Numbered from the stretch's first letter, positions 49,266-60,262 are shown. The stretch is DNA of 64,000 nucleotides from Verrucomicrobiota bacterium (GCA_039818205.1 JBCBUK010000004.1:104302-168301); one strand, 5' to 3'. Numbers and translations: made by a program. Notes: a model not told the origin generated them from the sequence alone.

Positions 49266-50717
49266 ATGATCGAATCGCTTCAATTGCTGCTTATGAAGTT
49301 CTCCTCGTCTATTTTGTTCGGCCTTATCTTTTGCCTGGCGACTGCGTGCCTGCATGGTCAGACGGAAACGGCACATCCGCCGTCTGATTTCGATGGCGTC
49401 GTTCCGCTTTCGGAGCTCGTTCGCCGCGGGATCATCACTGATGAGCAATCGGAATACATTCGGTCTGGGGCAGTCGGTATCGAGCCACGAGTCAAGGTGA
49501 CGAAAACCATGGAGCAGTTGACGATCTCTGGATACATGCAGTTCCAGTACTCTTACGTTGATCCGAATGACGAGGCCCTACCGAATCCACCTGCGACCAA
49601 CGCATTCTTTTCACAAAACTTGGTGCTCGGGATCGATGCGTCACTTGGACAAGGCTGGCACGGGGTCGTGAATGCCAATTTCGCCGAGGGCTTTTCGAAT
49701 AGAAACTACCTCGATTCGGCAACCATTACATCAAGCTGGAAAGAGTGGGGCAAGCTCGCCATCGGCTACCAGAAGGCCCATTTTGGCCTCGAGGAATATA
49801 CCTCCTCGCGAATCATTCCAGCGGTAGAACGCTCAATTGCCACGCGCTATTTTACCAGCGGTTTCAATCGAATTGGAGGCGGATTGTTCGGAAATAGTCT
49901 AGGCGGGCTGGGGACGACTCGCCTTGGTTTAGGGGCACGTCGATTGGGTGTCTTCTGGGCGGGCAAGATCCCCGGCGCGGATCAACTGCGGTACTTTGTC
50001 GAGCTGACCAATGGCTTTCAGGATTTCAATCCTCCGGTCAACACCGGTTCGCAGAACCAGTTGGGCTACTCGGGGGGAGTGCTTTATGATTACGACGGAA
50101 AGCTGGGCCCGATATTTGAAGGTGATTGGATTGATTTTACCGTTGGCTTGAACGCAACCTACCAACCTGCGGGCAATTCACTTAGCGCGGGTGGATTACA
50201 ACAAACGAACAGCATTACCGGATTAAATCCTTATGCCCAGTTCGAATTTCTGGACTTTCATTTCATTGGCGAGCTCATGACCGCCTGGGTCGAGCGCGGG
50301 CGGGCAACCGGAACGAGTGGCCCGTTTTCAGTAACGGGTTTCAACACTGCCGATGCGAACCCCATAGGAGTGAACTTCTTTGCGGTTTATACGTTTGATA
50401 AGTTGATTGAACCGGTATTTCGCTTCTCCATGATCGACTCCGATAAGGCAGGTATCAATCCAAACGTAGTGGCACGCGGGCCGGCTTTTGGCGGTCCCTT
50501 GCCGGCATCATACTTGAGCCCAATTGGCGTGGGATTTTTTGACCGCGCACAGTCTTACTATTTCGGTTTCAATTGGTACGTTCTTGGAAATACCGCAAAA
50601 GTAAGTGCTGGCTATGAACGCATTGAATTTCAGGGACGCTGGGACAACCTGGGCGGTTTCAACGGACCCGACGCGAGTGAAGATGCTTTTCGAGTCCGTG
50701 CTCAGGTCGTCTTTTGA
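49266..50717 (+). CDS. outer-membrane porin, OprO/OprP-like (start may be ATG 49293)
   Basis: Signal peptide, ELVRRGIIT, SGYMQFQY, FGLEEYTSS, ERS, terminal RAQVVF. Confidence 0.7.
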   Translation: MIESLQLLLMKFSSSILFGLIFCLATACLHGQTETAHPPSDFDGVVPLSELVRRGIITDEQSEYIRSGAVGIEPRVKVTKTMEQLTISGYMQFQYSYVDPNDEALPNPPATNAFFSQNLVLGIDASLGQGWHGVVNANFAEGFSNRNYLDSATITSSWKEWGKLAIGYQKAHFGLEEYTSSRIIPAVERSIATRYFTSGFNRIGGGLFGNSLGGLGTTRLGLGARRLGVFWAGKIPGADQLRYFVELTNGFQDFNPPVNTGSQNQLGYSGGVLYDYDGKLGPIFEGDWIDFTVGLNATYQPAGNSLSAGGLQQTNSITGLNPYAQFEFLDFHFIGELMTAWVERGRATGTSGPFSVTGFNTADANPIGVNFFAVYTFDKLIEPVFRFSMIDSDKAGINPNVVARGPAFGGPLPASYLSPIGVGFFDRAQSYYFGFNWYVLGNTAKVSAGYERIEFQGRWDNLGGFNGPDASEDAFRVRAQVVF

Positions 50718-50726
50718 TCGAGTCGG

Positions 50727-51419
50727 TTAGCCTGCAGATGCGGGCGACTCGCGACGGGTTTTCCCGAAATCGATTAGGAGCAAAGCCGTGGATCCGACCA
50801 GTAGAATGTAGCCGAGCCAAAGTGGAAATGGCTGCGGCAGAATGGGCGTCAGCGACCAGATTACGTCGTAGAAAATGTGCAAAATTGCCACCAACCAAAT
50901 GCTTTGAGTTTGGTAGTAGATAATTCCCAGAATGCTGCCCGCGACAAAAAATTGAAAAACGTTCCAGGTCGTAAACGGTAGGCTGCCGTAATGGTAGAAA
51001 ACGAATATGATATTCGAGATCAAGAGGGCCCAGAGCAGTCCCAAACGATCTTGTAAGACCTGCTGGAGAACGCCCCGGTAAACAAACTCTTCGCGAATGC
51101 CTATTGCTATACTGGTTGCCGCGTAGACCCAGTTCAGCGGAGAACTTAGATTCCAGTTCCCAATCATGATAGGCACACTTAAGAAGACGACGATTCCGAT
51201 TGTAAGCAGGGTCTTGTTACCCGCTTTCTTCGGCGATCGGCTTTTGCGGAAGAGCAACTCGCGAAACGTAATCCCGACGATGATCAAGGAGGCGATACGG
51301 ATGCCCGTCCAAATGAGTTCCTTGCTAACGGCATCGCCGGTGTAGTGGGATAAAAATAAGCGGCTCGAAACGAAATAAGCTAGCTCAAGGATGGCGAGAA
51401 GGATCAGGGGCTTGATCAT
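50727..51419 (-). CDS. CPBP/Abi family intramembrane protease
   Basis: EEFVYRG, FVFYH, HIFYD motifs. Confidence 0.85.
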   Translation of the reverse strand: MIKPLILLAILELAYFVSSRLFLSHYTGDAVSKELIWTGIRIASLIIVGITFRELLFRKSRSPKKAGNKTLLTIGIVVFLSVPIMIGNWNLSSPLNWVYAATSIAIGIREEFVYRGVLQQVLQDRLGLLWALLISNIIFVFYHYGSLPFTTWNVFQFFVAGSILGIIYYQTQSIWLVAILHIFYDVIWSLTPILPQPFPLWLGYILLVGSTALLLIDFGKTRRESPASAG

Positions 51420-51529
51420 CTGAAGGAGAGACGAAGTTGTCCAATGAGTTACTCGCGGACCCATTGGGCTCGCTTGGAAGGGGCGGGTGGGTAGAAAAAA
51501 TGCGACCTGTGTGCCTGTCGCATCCAATT

Positions 51530-51916
51530 CTATTTCTGTTCGAGAATCTCGACTTCGTAGCCGTCGGGGTCGGTGATGAAAGCCATCTTCGAGCCACCAT
51601 CCGAAAACTTTTCCTTCCACGCTTCCGGCCAGATCTCGATGTCGTTATCCTCAAGCATTTGGCAATACTCGATGAGGTCGTCGACCCGGATACAGGTATG
51701 GACCAAGTCCTCAGGGAATTCTACTTTGAATTCCGGTGAGTAGGTAAGCTCCAACATGTGGTGGTTCCCCGGAATACGCAGGTGCGCCAGCATGTTGCCT
51801 GACGGTGATTTATCGGTGCGCTTGAGCACTTCAAATCCACAGGTTAAGCAGTACCAATCGATAGATTTATCCAAGTCGCTTACGCGAATGCGGGTGTGGT
51901 CAAATGAGATAGCCAT
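51530..51916 (-). CDS. gloA: VOC family protein, lactoylglutathione lyase-like
   Basis: HTRIRVSDL, LELTY, FITDPDGYEVEI. Confidence 0.75.
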   Translation of the reverse strand: MAISFDHTRIRVSDLDKSIDWYCLTCGFEVLKRTDKSPSGNMLAHLRIPGNHHMLELTYSPEFKVEFPEDLVHTCIRVDDLIEYCQMLEDNDIEIWPEAWKEKFSDGGSKMAFITDPDGYEVEILEQK

Positions 51917-52133
51917 GATCAATAGGAAACCAAATTTCTCGGAAAAAATCAAGCACGTCGGCGACTCGCTAAAGAAGGCATTCGTCCCCTTCTTCAGTCA
52001 GGTGGAGTTAAGGAGCGTCGCCTAGGGGTGAGAAGAACTACGATGTTCTCTCGCTCTTAAATAATCGAGAATCGATCTGTTTGAGTGTGCTATGGGTCTT
52101 TTCAAGGGCTCGCAAAAACGCTCAGGGTTGGTT

Positions 52134-52706
52134 CTAGCTCCCAGGCTTGATCGCCGGGATGGCTTCCAACTCCGGCGGTAGCTTTTCCGGGTCATAAGTC
52201 GGGAAGGAAAAGTGGAGCAGCGCAGTGAGCGGGACCTCGAAGCTTGCCTTGCCTTCGGACCGATCTACCAGAACGGCGACGCCGGTGGTCGTTCCACCCT
52301 CGGCCTGGATGATATCCAGGGCTTCGCGGACTCGGCCGCCACGCGTAATCACGTCCTCGACGACGAGGATTTTTTCTCCGGGAGCGATTTTGAAGTTCCG
52401 TCGCAGCGCGAGCTTATCATCAACTTTCTCGACGAACAGGAACCGTTTGCCAGCTTGGCGGGCAACCTCTTGTCCGATAACCAATCCACCCATTGCGGGA
52501 GCCACAATTGTGTCAACTTTGGCGAGGTCGATCTTCTCCAAAAGAAGCTCGGCCAAACGGGTAACCATGTCCAGGCGTTCGCACACGCGTGCGCACTGAA
52601 AAAAGTGGCCAGAACGCAGGCCGGAGCGCAAAATGAAGTGGCCCTCAAGGAGGGCGCCTGAGTCGCGGAAAATCTGTAGAACTTCTTGGTCAGTCGAATC
52701 GCTCAT
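52134..52706 (-). CDS. pyrE: orotate phosphoribosyltransferase
   Basis: GHFILRSG, PAMGG, VVEDVITRGG, VLVDRS. Confidence 0.93.
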   Translation of the reverse strand: MSDSTDQEVLQIFRDSGALLEGHFILRSGLRSGHFFQCARVCERLDMVTRLAELLLEKIDLAKVDTIVAPAMGGLVIGQEVARQAGKRFLFVEKVDDKLALRRNFKIAPGEKILVVEDVITRGGRVREALDIIQAEGGTTTGVAVLVDRSEGKASFEVPLTALLHFSFPTYDPEKLPPELEAIPAIKPGS

Positions 52707-52811
52707 GGACGGCGACGCTGAGTTTAGGGGAGAAAGGGGTCAAGCTTAAGCCTCATTTTTGAGAAAGCGATTTTCCTTTCCGAGATTGGAATTTCACGTT
52801 ATGTTGCGCTC

Positions 52812-53687
52812 GTGAATGATAAAAATCCAATGCCGTTAAAGTCCTCGCGCAAGCGAGCGTTGTTGGGCCTATTGGATGATACCAACACCAACGTTCGGCA
52901 TGCGGTTCGCACGGAGCTCGAGCGTTTAGGTCCCGTCGGCGTGTCACTACTGCGTGAGGCTATTCACTCAGGTGATACATCGGTCAGTCAGGCGGCGAAA
53001 GACTTGCTCGATGGCATCGCTGGAGGCCGCCCGGAACGCGTCTTTCGTGACTTTATCCGCTCATTCAACTACGAGTTGGAAACGGGGGTTTTGCTCCTCG
53101 ATCGGGTTGCCAATCCCGAGGTTGGAATGGCTGACTACGAGAACTTTCTCGCCGAGGTTTCGGATCGTTGCCGCGAACTCTTTGTTTACCCGAGCACAGC
53201 TTGGGAGAAGTGCCAGATGATCAACCGGGTGATCTTTGGAGAATACGGATTTTCCGGGGATACCGATAATTTTTACGATCCTCGCAATAGCTTCCTGAGC
53301 GAGGTTATTGAGCGGCGTCGGGGCATTCCAATTAGCCTGTCCATTCTCTACCTGTTAGTGGCCGATCGATGTGGTCTCGAGCTTTCGCCGGTCGCCTTCC
53401 CTGGGCGCTTTATGGTCGGCTGCTTCCTGGACGCCGAGCCGTTCTACATCGATGTGTTTGAAGGTGGCGTCTTCCGCGGAATGGAGGATATCGAGGAGAT
53501 GCTCGAACCCTACGACATCGAGATTGACCCGGCACTGTTCGCCCCGTGCCCAGTGGGTGAGGTGCTCGCTCGCTGCTGCCGAAATCTGGTCAATCAATAC
53601 AGCCGTGCTGGTGACGATGAACGGGTCCGGCTTTTCACCGAATACGTTAACGAGTTCGAAGCGGCTTACCGCTTGAACGAAGAGTAG
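52812..53687 (+). CDS. SirB1/transglutaminase-like domain protein
   Basis: FYDPRNSFL..VIERRRGIPISLS, FPGRF, YIDVF. Confidence 0.85.
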   Translation: MNDKNPMPLKSSRKRALLGLLDDTNTNVRHAVRTELERLGPVGVSLLREAIHSGDTSVSQAAKDLLDGIAGGRPERVFRDFIRSFNYELETGVLLLDRVANPEVGMADYENFLAEVSDRCRELFVYPSTAWEKCQMINRVIFGEYGFSGDTDNFYDPRNSFLSEVIERRRGIPISLSILYLLVADRCGLELSPVAFPGRFMVGCFLDAEPFYIDVFEGGVFRGMEDIEEMLEPYDIEIDPALFAPCPVGEVLARCCRNLVNQYSRAGDDERVRLFTEYVNEFEAAYRLNEE

Positions 53688-53781
53688 CGAGCGGTGCCAG
53701 TGACCGCTTTCTGATGGTGGTTGGCCTGAAGTAGTCGAACTGCAGTCTTGTTTTCTGAAGAGATTTCCGAACGCTTTCGGT

Positions 53782-54711
53782 ATGACTGTTTCTGACCCCG
53801 ATCGCGTACGCTCCCTGGATGAATTGGCAGACTGGCAATTTGAGGGGACGGCGCTGGCTGTTCTGGGCAGTCCGATTGCCCACAGTGTGAGCCCGGCGAT
53901 GCACAATACCGCCTTGAACCTGATGGCGCAAACTCAGCAGATTTTTCGAGATTGGCGCTACTTCAAATTCGATGTTCCACCTGAGAATCTTCCCGAGGCT
54001 TTGGAGCGACTATATGCCGCCAACTTTGTTGGGATCAACTTGACGATTCCTCACAAGGTTCACGCGGTTGATTTGGTATGCGAAATTGATCCAGAGGCGC
54101 GGTTGTCCGGTGCGGTCAATACACTCCACCGGCGAGCCGACGGATGGGCGGGATTCAATACCGATGGCTTTGGGATGGAGCAAGGGGTCCGCCGTGAGTT
54201 GAAAGCCGAGTTGACCGGTGCCGATGTGCTTTTGCTGGGCGCGGGCGGTGCCGCGCGGGCGGCTGCGATTCAATGCCTCGCATCAGGATGCCGGTCGCTG
54301 TTTATTGGGAACCGAAACCAAGAGCGATTGGCGGGTCTAATGGCACAGCTTGAGCCCGCCGAAGGTTATAAGCGTGTGCGATCCTTTGACTTGGCAGAGC
54401 CGCCCGGTGACCTGCCGAGTGATGCTGTGGTGATCAACGCGACCTCGTTGGGCCTCAAAGAAGAAGATCCTGCGCCGATCGATGTCTCTTTGTTGCGCGG
54501 ATCGCCAAAAATTTACGATATGACCTATGGGGTTGTAAACGCATTGGCACAGGCCGCAAAAGATCATGGCTTGGCCTACGCTGACGGCCTCTCGATGCTA
54601 GTCTGGCAAGGTGCCCGTAGCCTCGAGATTTGGACCGGGGCGCTGGTCCCGGCGCAGGCGATGATGCAAGGTGCTTGCCACGCCAAAGGATACTCCCTTC
54701 GCCAGGCTTGA
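53782..54711 (+). CDS. aroE: shikimate dehydrogenase
   Basis: HSVSPAMH, NLTIPHK, AVNT, NTDG, GAGGAA, NATSLG, DGLSMLVWQG. Confidence 0.95.
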   Translation: MTVSDPDRVRSLDELADWQFEGTALAVLGSPIAHSVSPAMHNTALNLMAQTQQIFRDWRYFKFDVPPENLPEALERLYAANFVGINLTIPHKVHAVDLVCEIDPEARLSGAVNTLHRRADGWAGFNTDGFGMEQGVRRELKAELTGADVLLLGAGGAARAAAIQCLASGCRSLFIGNRNQERLAGLMAQLEPAEGYKRVRSFDLAEPPGDLPSDAVVINATSLGLKEEDPAPIDVSLLRGSPKIYDMTYGVVNALAQAAKDHGLAYADGLSMLVWQGARSLEIWTGALVPAQAMMQGACHAKGYSLRQA

Positions 54712-54794
54712 GTGACATGGTTTTTACTGATGTTCCCGGCGAACAGGAATTTCAGCGTTGAGCAAATACGCTCCCCCAAGTATTCCAATCCACA

Positions 54795-55853
54795 ATGCTC
54801 AGTTACGAAGAAATCCTCCAGATCAACCAAGCGCACCCCTGGTTCTTTGCCTTTTGGGCATTTGTGTTTGGGGCTTGTTGGGGAAGTTTCATGAACGTGG
54901 TCATCTATCGTGTGCCAGCCGGCAAATCCGTTGTTAAACCGGGATCGCATTGCTACGCCTGCAATACGCCGATTAAGTGGTACGACAACCTGCCAATTCT
55001 CAGCTGGTTTATTCTTCGCGGAAAAGCGCGGTGTTGCGGCGCGCCATTTTCGGTTCGCTACGCATTGATCGAAGCGCTGACCGGCGGCTTATACATGTGG
55101 ACCTGGATCATCTATCATGAGCATTTCATGGTCGTGGCAATCCTTTGGTTGTTTATCGCATTGATGATCGGAGGGGCATTCGTTGATTTCGATACGCAGC
55201 TCTTACCGAATTTATTTACGGTTTGGGGGCTAGTGATCGGTTTCCTGCTTTCGTTCTTTTTTCCGGAGCTGCACGGGCAATCGGGAAGCGGCGATCCGAT
55301 GCTTTTGGAACAACTCCGCAGCGCGGCATTGAGTGCGACCGGTGCGGTGGTTGGTACCGGAGTCATTTTATGGATTGCGATGCTGGCGGAGGTGGCTCTA
55401 CGCAAGGAGGCGATGGGGTTTGGCGATGTGCTTTTCATGGGGTGCATCGGCGCATTCATCGGCTGGAAAGGAGCGATCTTTTCGATCTTTGGTGGCGCAC
55501 TCTTGGGCACGGCGGTCGTCATTCCACTGATGCTTGTTAACAGCATTTTGGGCACCAACCTAACGCCCGGAAAAACGAGTAACCCGGTCGATGAAAATTC
55601 TGATAATCCCGAGGAAGCTACGGCCAAAAAAGCAGTCGAAGCCGAGGTTGCTGACGAGTCTCAAGAGAATGCTGAATCGACCGATGCGAAAGAGGATGGC
55701 GACGGCGATGAAGAACTCGGAATTGGGGTCGCAATTCCGTTTGGGCCATGGCTCGCCTTAGGAGCGCTCGTCTATCTGCTGGTTGCTCGGGAATGGGTCG
55801 ACAACTACTTTGACAGCATGCAGAGCCTGATCTTCGCACCGGTGCAAATGTAA
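54795..55853 (+). CDS. pilD: prepilin peptidase (A24A)
   Basis: GSFMNVVIYRVP, SHCYAC, MGFGDV, IPFGPWL. Confidence 0.92.
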   Translation: MLSYEEILQINQAHPWFFAFWAFVFGACWGSFMNVVIYRVPAGKSVVKPGSHCYACNTPIKWYDNLPILSWFILRGKARCCGAPFSVRYALIEALTGGLYMWTWIIYHEHFMVVAILWLFIALMIGGAFVDFDTQLLPNLFTVWGLVIGFLLSFFFPELHGQSGSGDPMLLEQLRSAALSATGAVVGTGVILWIAMLAEVALRKEAMGFGDVLFMGCIGAFIGWKGAIFSIFGGALLGTAVVIPLMLVNSILGTNLTPGKTSNPVDENSDNPEEATAKKAVEAEVADESQENAESTDAKEDGDGDEELGIGVAIPFGPWLALGALVYLLVAREWVDNYFDSMQSLIFAPVQM

Positions 55854-55891
55854 TACCGCTGGCACCAAAGGTGGCAAAATCTTTAGAGGTT

Positions 55892-56731
55892 CTACTTGGA
55901 GTTTTTGCCGCGAATCCAGACTTCTTTCACCTTGGGTTCGGTGAAAAGATCATCCGAAAGCGATTGGTTTAGCTCGATGTTGTGCACGACAATGGTGCCG
56001 TAGACCTGATCTTCCATCGCACGCTCGTATTTGTCGGGCAGCCAGAGACCACCGAATTTTCGATATTTCGTCGGAAAGATATCCTGGTCAACGACGGTTC
56101 CGTTCCGGTTTTCGCGCCAGCCGATGCGGGTGATCAGATACGACTTTGGGTCGAAGTAATAATACTGAGTGTGCCCATCAGGTTTATACAACTTAACCAG
56201 GTAGTGCTTATGCTTTCGGGAGGTTACCGCGCCCAAATATTCGACGACGCATCCGCGTTCCTTCCAGTTCGCAAGAATGCCGTAGAAATCTGCAGCTTCT
56301 CTCAATGCTTTCTTCTTTGAGCCCTTGAGTTCTTCAGGAAATGGATTTTTGACCGAGAGGTCGTATTCCCAGGCGTTTTCGCCATCAAAGCCGAGGACCG
56401 TCACATGGTCTTTGCCTAATTTACGGACGGTGATCTCTTCACGAATGCGATTGGGCGGAATAATGTAGGTTGTCGCACGATGCTCGTTCATGCCCTCGGT
56501 AATGGTCGCGTCCGTGCGAACTGATCGGATGCCCATATAGCGGTCGTAACCACCAATGGCTTTGAAGTAGGTTGCAATCAGTTGCTCTGCAATTTGGTCC
56601 GACGCTTCTGGGAGCGGTTCACGTAAATCAATTTCCTCCCGCACTTGATTTGCGGTGGCATCGGAGTCCTGGGCTTGGACGCCTAACGCGAATAACAAAA
56701 TGGTCCAGGGTAGGAGTCGGATAAGTTTCAT
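55892..56731 (-). CDS. exported hypothetical protein, possibly LolA-like fold
   Basis: Signal peptide AQA-like cleavage, AIGG, GFDGENAW, IELNQSLSDDLF..P. Confidence 0.6.
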   Translation of the reverse strand: MKLIRLLPWTILLFALGVQAQDSDATANQVREEIDLREPLPEASDQIAEQLIATYFKAIGGYDRYMGIRSVRTDATITEGMNEHRATTYIIPPNRIREEITVRKLGKDHVTVLGFDGENAWEYDLSVKNPFPEELKGSKKKALREAADFYGILANWKERGCVVEYLGAVTSRKHKHYLVKLYKPDGHTQYYYFDPKSYLITRIGWRENRNGTVVDQDIFPTKYRKFGGLWLPDKYERAMEDQVYGTIVVHNIELNQSLSDDLFTEPKVKEVWIRGKNSK

Positions 56732-56802
56732 GTCCTGATGATTAATATTTAATTCACATTCTGACAATTCCGGATTCGTCAGGGTTCCGTGAATCAGCAT
56801 TT

Positions 56803-57417
56803 TTACGGAACTATGATATCCGTTTCCGATCTGAGCCAGCGCTCGAGCTTCACGGTTAGCTCTTGGGACTCACTTTCTGCATGCTCGGACTGTTCTCCGA
56901 GCGGTTTGTGAATAATATCGTGTGCGGTTTCTCGCTCACGCTGGGGTAGGTGGGTCATCCACTGTTGTCGAACCGGATACCCTTCCTCACGGGCAAATCG
57001 ATAGACGGATTTAAGATAAATGCAGTACGGAAGTGGGAGTGTCTCGAACGCATGGAATGCCTCATTCGCCAGTTGTGCCATCGGTTCGAAAAACTCCGCA
57101 TGGAGCATGTTCTGCCAGAGAAAGCTGCCCAGGCGGGTGGCTTGTTCCAATGATCGGTAACGTTTCGCAATTCCAGTATGTCGATACTGGAGTTGGTACT
57201 CTTTGACAAACCAGGTCTGCCCACCGGAAGAGGCTTCGAGTTTAAAGTCTGTTTGGTCAAATAGGTCGGGGCCACTGCCACCCATTTTTTGAGTTCGCCG
57301 CCAAAGGCAGACCAGGCGACCGTGCTCAGCACTAAGAACGTGTAGCCGGAGATGATTTTCTCCCGAAAGCGCCTTTGCGACCACCAAACCACCGGCCTGC
57401 AGCGTCTTCGAAGGCAT
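56803..57417 (-). CDS. recO: RecO-like DNA repair protein (short form)
   Basis: GLVV....SGE....HVLSAEHG OB-fold start, DLF, EGY. Confidence 0.6.
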   Translation of the reverse strand: MPSKTLQAGGLVVAKALSGENHLRLHVLSAEHGRLVCLWRRTQKMGGSGPDLFDQTDFKLEASSGGQTWFVKEYQLQYRHTGIAKRYRSLEQATRLGSFLWQNMLHAEFFEPMAQLANEAFHAFETLPLPYCIYLKSVYRFAREEGYPVRQQWMTHLPQRERETAHDIIHKPLGEQSEHAESESQELTVKLERWLRSETDIIVP

Positions 57418-57420
57418 CGA

Positions 57421-58113
57421 CTAGACCGGTTCTTTTTCCTGCGTATCGGCCTCGAGGGATTCCGAATCAGGTAAGGTGTTGTCGAGGCTATCGGGGTCAA
57501 AGGCGGGTGTCACCGCTCCGCCAGACACAATCAGTTTCATGCCGTCGGCAACGGACATTTCCAGCTCGATCACCTCGTTCTTAGGAACCATCAGCAAGAA
57601 TCCGCTGGTCGGGTTGGGGGTGGTGGGGACGAAAATGTTAATGACCTCGGCGCCGGTTCGCTCCTGCACTTCACCCTGTGCCTCGCTGGTTAAGAAGCCC
57701 AACACAAACACTCCCTTTCGAGGATATTCCGTGAGAACGACTTTTTGGAAAACTGCCTTCTGCTGCCGACTAAAGGTTTCGGTGATCTGCTTCACCGTTT
57801 TGTAGACGGTGTTGATGAACGGCAAGGCCTCGATGATACGTTCACCAATCGAGATGACAAACTTGCCAATGAAGTATTTCGAAAGGAAACCAAGGGCCGT
57901 GATAGCGGTCACCACCGCGACGATCCCCAAAATATTCAGCAGGACGCGAACGCTCGGGAGGTTGCGGATCTCGGCATCGATAAAGTGAAAAATGGCCTCG
58001 TTGATCGGCTCGCCCACTCGAGTGAGCATAAAATTAACCACAAAAATGGTTACTCCGAGCGGCGCGATGAGGAAGATGCCAGCGATGAAGGCATTGCGAA
58101 TCTGACGAAACAT
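57421..58113 (-). CDS. DUF502 family membrane protein
   Basis: P..VY..VKQ, EYPRKG, FVPTTPNPTSGFL, IVSGG. Confidence 0.9.
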   Translation of the reverse strand: MFRQIRNAFIAGIFLIAPLGVTIFVVNFMLTRVGEPINEAIFHFIDAEIRNLPSVRVLLNILGIVAVVTAITALGFLSKYFIGKFVISIGERIIEALPFINTVYKTVKQITETFSRQQKAVFQKVVLTEYPRKGVFVLGFLTSEAQGEVQERTGAEVINIFVPTTPNPTSGFLLMVPKNEVIELEMSVADGMKLIVSGGAVTPAFDPDSLDNTLPDSESLEADTQEKEPV

Positions 58114-58123
58114 GGTCGGGAAA

Positions 58124-58540
58124 TTAATACAATAATTCGGGCAAGCCAAAGATTAGGAACAGAATGACCCCACCAACGGCGGCTGCGGCCAAGATACAAC
58201 CGAATTTCGAGCTCCCGTCAAAACCACCAGGCTCTTTTGGCAGAAATTTGTCAACGGTTGTCGCGGCGGCTTCGTCGGTTGCTGAATTGGCAGGGGTAAC
58301 ATTGGATGGGTTATCTTGGCTAAGCGCTGGTGTTGCAGGTGTCGTGGCGACCCCCGCGTTCGCCGGCGACTCAGCAGGCTCCGTGCCGGGATTCGGCTCT
58401 GGGGCATTTGGCGGTGCTTCATTCTTCGGGGAGCCCTGTTCATTCTTCCCCTCGGCTTCGGCAATTTTTTGGTCCAGCCAGGCCAAGTGCTCGCGGATGC
58501 GGTCTCGTTGAGCGCGTAATTCGTTCAGGTTGAATGACAT
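58124..58540 (-). CDS. hypothetical protein (coiled coil, Pro/Ala linker, C-terminal TM)
   Basis: LRAQRDRIREHLAWLDQKIA and a hydrophobic C-terminus. Confidence 0.65.
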   Translation of the reverse strand: MSFNLNELRAQRDRIREHLAWLDQKIAEAEGKNEQGSPKNEAPPNAPEPNPGTEPAESPANAGVATTPATPALSQDNPSNVTPANSATDEAAATTVDKFLPKEPGGFDGSSKFGCILAAAAVGGVILFLIFGLPELLY

Positions 58541-58596
58541 CGTGAGCAAATAATCGGTTATCTAGAATGTCAGAACATCGAATTGAGGCGAGCACG

Positions 58597-58625
58597 AAAA
58601 AAGCGCCCTCCGATGGAAGACGCTC
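58597..58625 (-). terminator. probable terminator after rpmA
   Basis: AGCG..TTCC/GGAG..CGCT stem followed by T6 on the minus strand. Confidence 0.6.
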
Positions 58626-58653
58626 TGTGGATTAAATGGAATGGAGGGCCAGA

Positions 58654-58932
58654 CTAGGCGGTGGCTGCTGCCGGTACCTTGTTCAATGGGGTCTCGCTGA
58701 TGTTCACCTTGCGGTGCTCGCGGTCCCACTGGACGTAGCCATCGATCAAAGCAAACAGCGTGTAGTCCTTGCCCATGCCAACTTGGTGGCCAGGGTGGAA
58801 CTTAGTGCCGCGCTGACGGATCAGGATGTTGCCCGCGCGAACTTTTTCGCCGCTATACTTTTTGACGCCCAGACGCTTTGCGATGCTGTCGCGTCCGTTT
58901 TTGGAAGTTCCTTGTCCTTTTTTATGTGCCAT
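58654..58932 (-). CDS. rpmA: 50S ribosomal protein L27
   Basis: [23 protein letters not shown]. Confidence 0.98.
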   Translation of the reverse strand: MAHKKGQGTSKNGRDSIAKRLGVKKYSGEKVRAGNILIRQRGTKFHPGHQVGMGKDYTLFALIDGYVQWDREHRKVNISETPLNKVPAAATA

Positions 58933-58947
58933 GACGAGGGTGCCGAG

Positions 58948-59262
58948 TTAGGCGGTAATGGATTCAATTTTGATGACGGAGAGCTCTTGGCGGTGACCAC
59001 GGGTGCGGCGGTAGCCATGACGGCGCTTCATCTTGTGAATAATGATTTTCTTGTCGCGCTTGTTTTCGAGCACGGTTGCTGCGACGCTGGCGCCATCAAC
59101 GTAAGGCGCTCCAAAGCGGGTTTCGGCGCCTTCGCCCACGCAGAGGACTTTATCGAGCGTCACGGTGTCGCCCGCTTGGGTGTCCTTGTAGCGGTTCACG
59201 AATAGAACATCGCCTTCGGTGACGATGAACTGGCGGCCTTGTGTTTCAATGGTTGCTTTCAT
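58948..59262 (-). CDS. rplU: 50S ribosomal protein L21
   Basis: [23 protein letters not shown]. Confidence 0.97.
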   Translation of the reverse strand: MKATIETQGRQFIVTEGDVLFVNRYKDTQAGDTVTLDKVLCVGEGAETRFGAPYVDGASVAATVLENKRDKKIIIHKMKRRHGYRRTRGHRQELSVIKIESITA

Positions 59263-59470
59263 TTCGGAAAAAGGGAAAACCGCCTAAAAAAGCGGATTCA
59301 CACTCAAGCGCAAGGATTTTTTACAGAATCAGCGGGATATTCGCTTTTCCGCCCTAAAATTGCTTAGATGCCGGACTAGCATCAGCAAATCAATCGAAAA
59401 CAAGAAAGGGCCGCGTTGTGATCACAATTTTCATATGAAATGATATTGCTCAGGACGGTCTTGGGATCTG

Positions 59471-60004
59471 ATGATCAACGGCATGCGAGAAGAGCCCGTA
59501 AAGATTGGCGAGTGGATCCTGGCCTTGATCCTAATGTCGATACCGTTCCTGAACATTTTTATGCTCATCTATTGGGCCTGTTCGTCGTCAACCAAGCCCA
59601 GCAAACAAAATTTTGCGATCGCTTACTTGATTTTCAGTATCCCGTTTTTTCTGATGGCTTTAGGTTTCGTGATCTTTGCGTTGGTGATGCCCGCATACAT
59701 GCACCATGAGGAAGCCCAGAAGCAATCCCAGCAACAGGCGCAACAAGCCCAGCAGTCGGAGCCATGGGCGCAGCAGCCGGCGGAAACAGAACAGTCCATA
59801 GAAATGCCGGCTACGGATGATGAGCATTTTCGCACCTTTGTGCTCCAAGATGGAGGATTGATCCACGGTAAGGTGGTTTCACTTGATGGTGACATGGTCA
59901 AATTGAAGCGTATTGACGGCGTTGTCTTTGACGAGACGCTTGTCAGTTTCTCTGACAAGGATATCGAATACATTCTTGAACTGCACTACACGGCGAACGA
60001 GTAA
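59471..60004 (+). CDS. membrane protein with Gln-rich linker and SHD1-like C-terminal domain
   Basis: IGEW...IPFLNI...WA...SKQNFA TM module; RTF..QDG..I.G......VKLKR.DG......FS..D. Confidence 0.6.
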   Translation: MINGMREEPVKIGEWILALILMSIPFLNIFMLIYWACSSSTKPSKQNFAIAYLIFSIPFFLMALGFVIFALVMPAYMHHEEAQKQSQQQAQQAQQSEPWAQQPAETEQSIEMPATDDEHFRTFVLQDGGLIHGKVVSLDGDMVKLKRIDGVVFDETLVSFSDKDIEYILELHYTANE

Positions 60005-60262
60005 CGGCTGGTTTATTACTTCAACCTCTCGGGGTGCATAATCCAGGATGGGGAGACCTTCTTCTTTAGGGGATGAGTTGCCGCCGCCCGCAGTCGGCTT
60101 CGGGATCCTCACGAATTATTGGGCCAACCATCCGTTCCCCGCGATTTCCGAAAACGTAACCAACCGGGTCTACTGGTATGACGACGAGTTCCCGATTTTC
60201 ATTGGTGCCACCCTTGGGCTTGAACTTCGGGCGGGGATCGGTCTGACTGAGGGTCCAACTCC

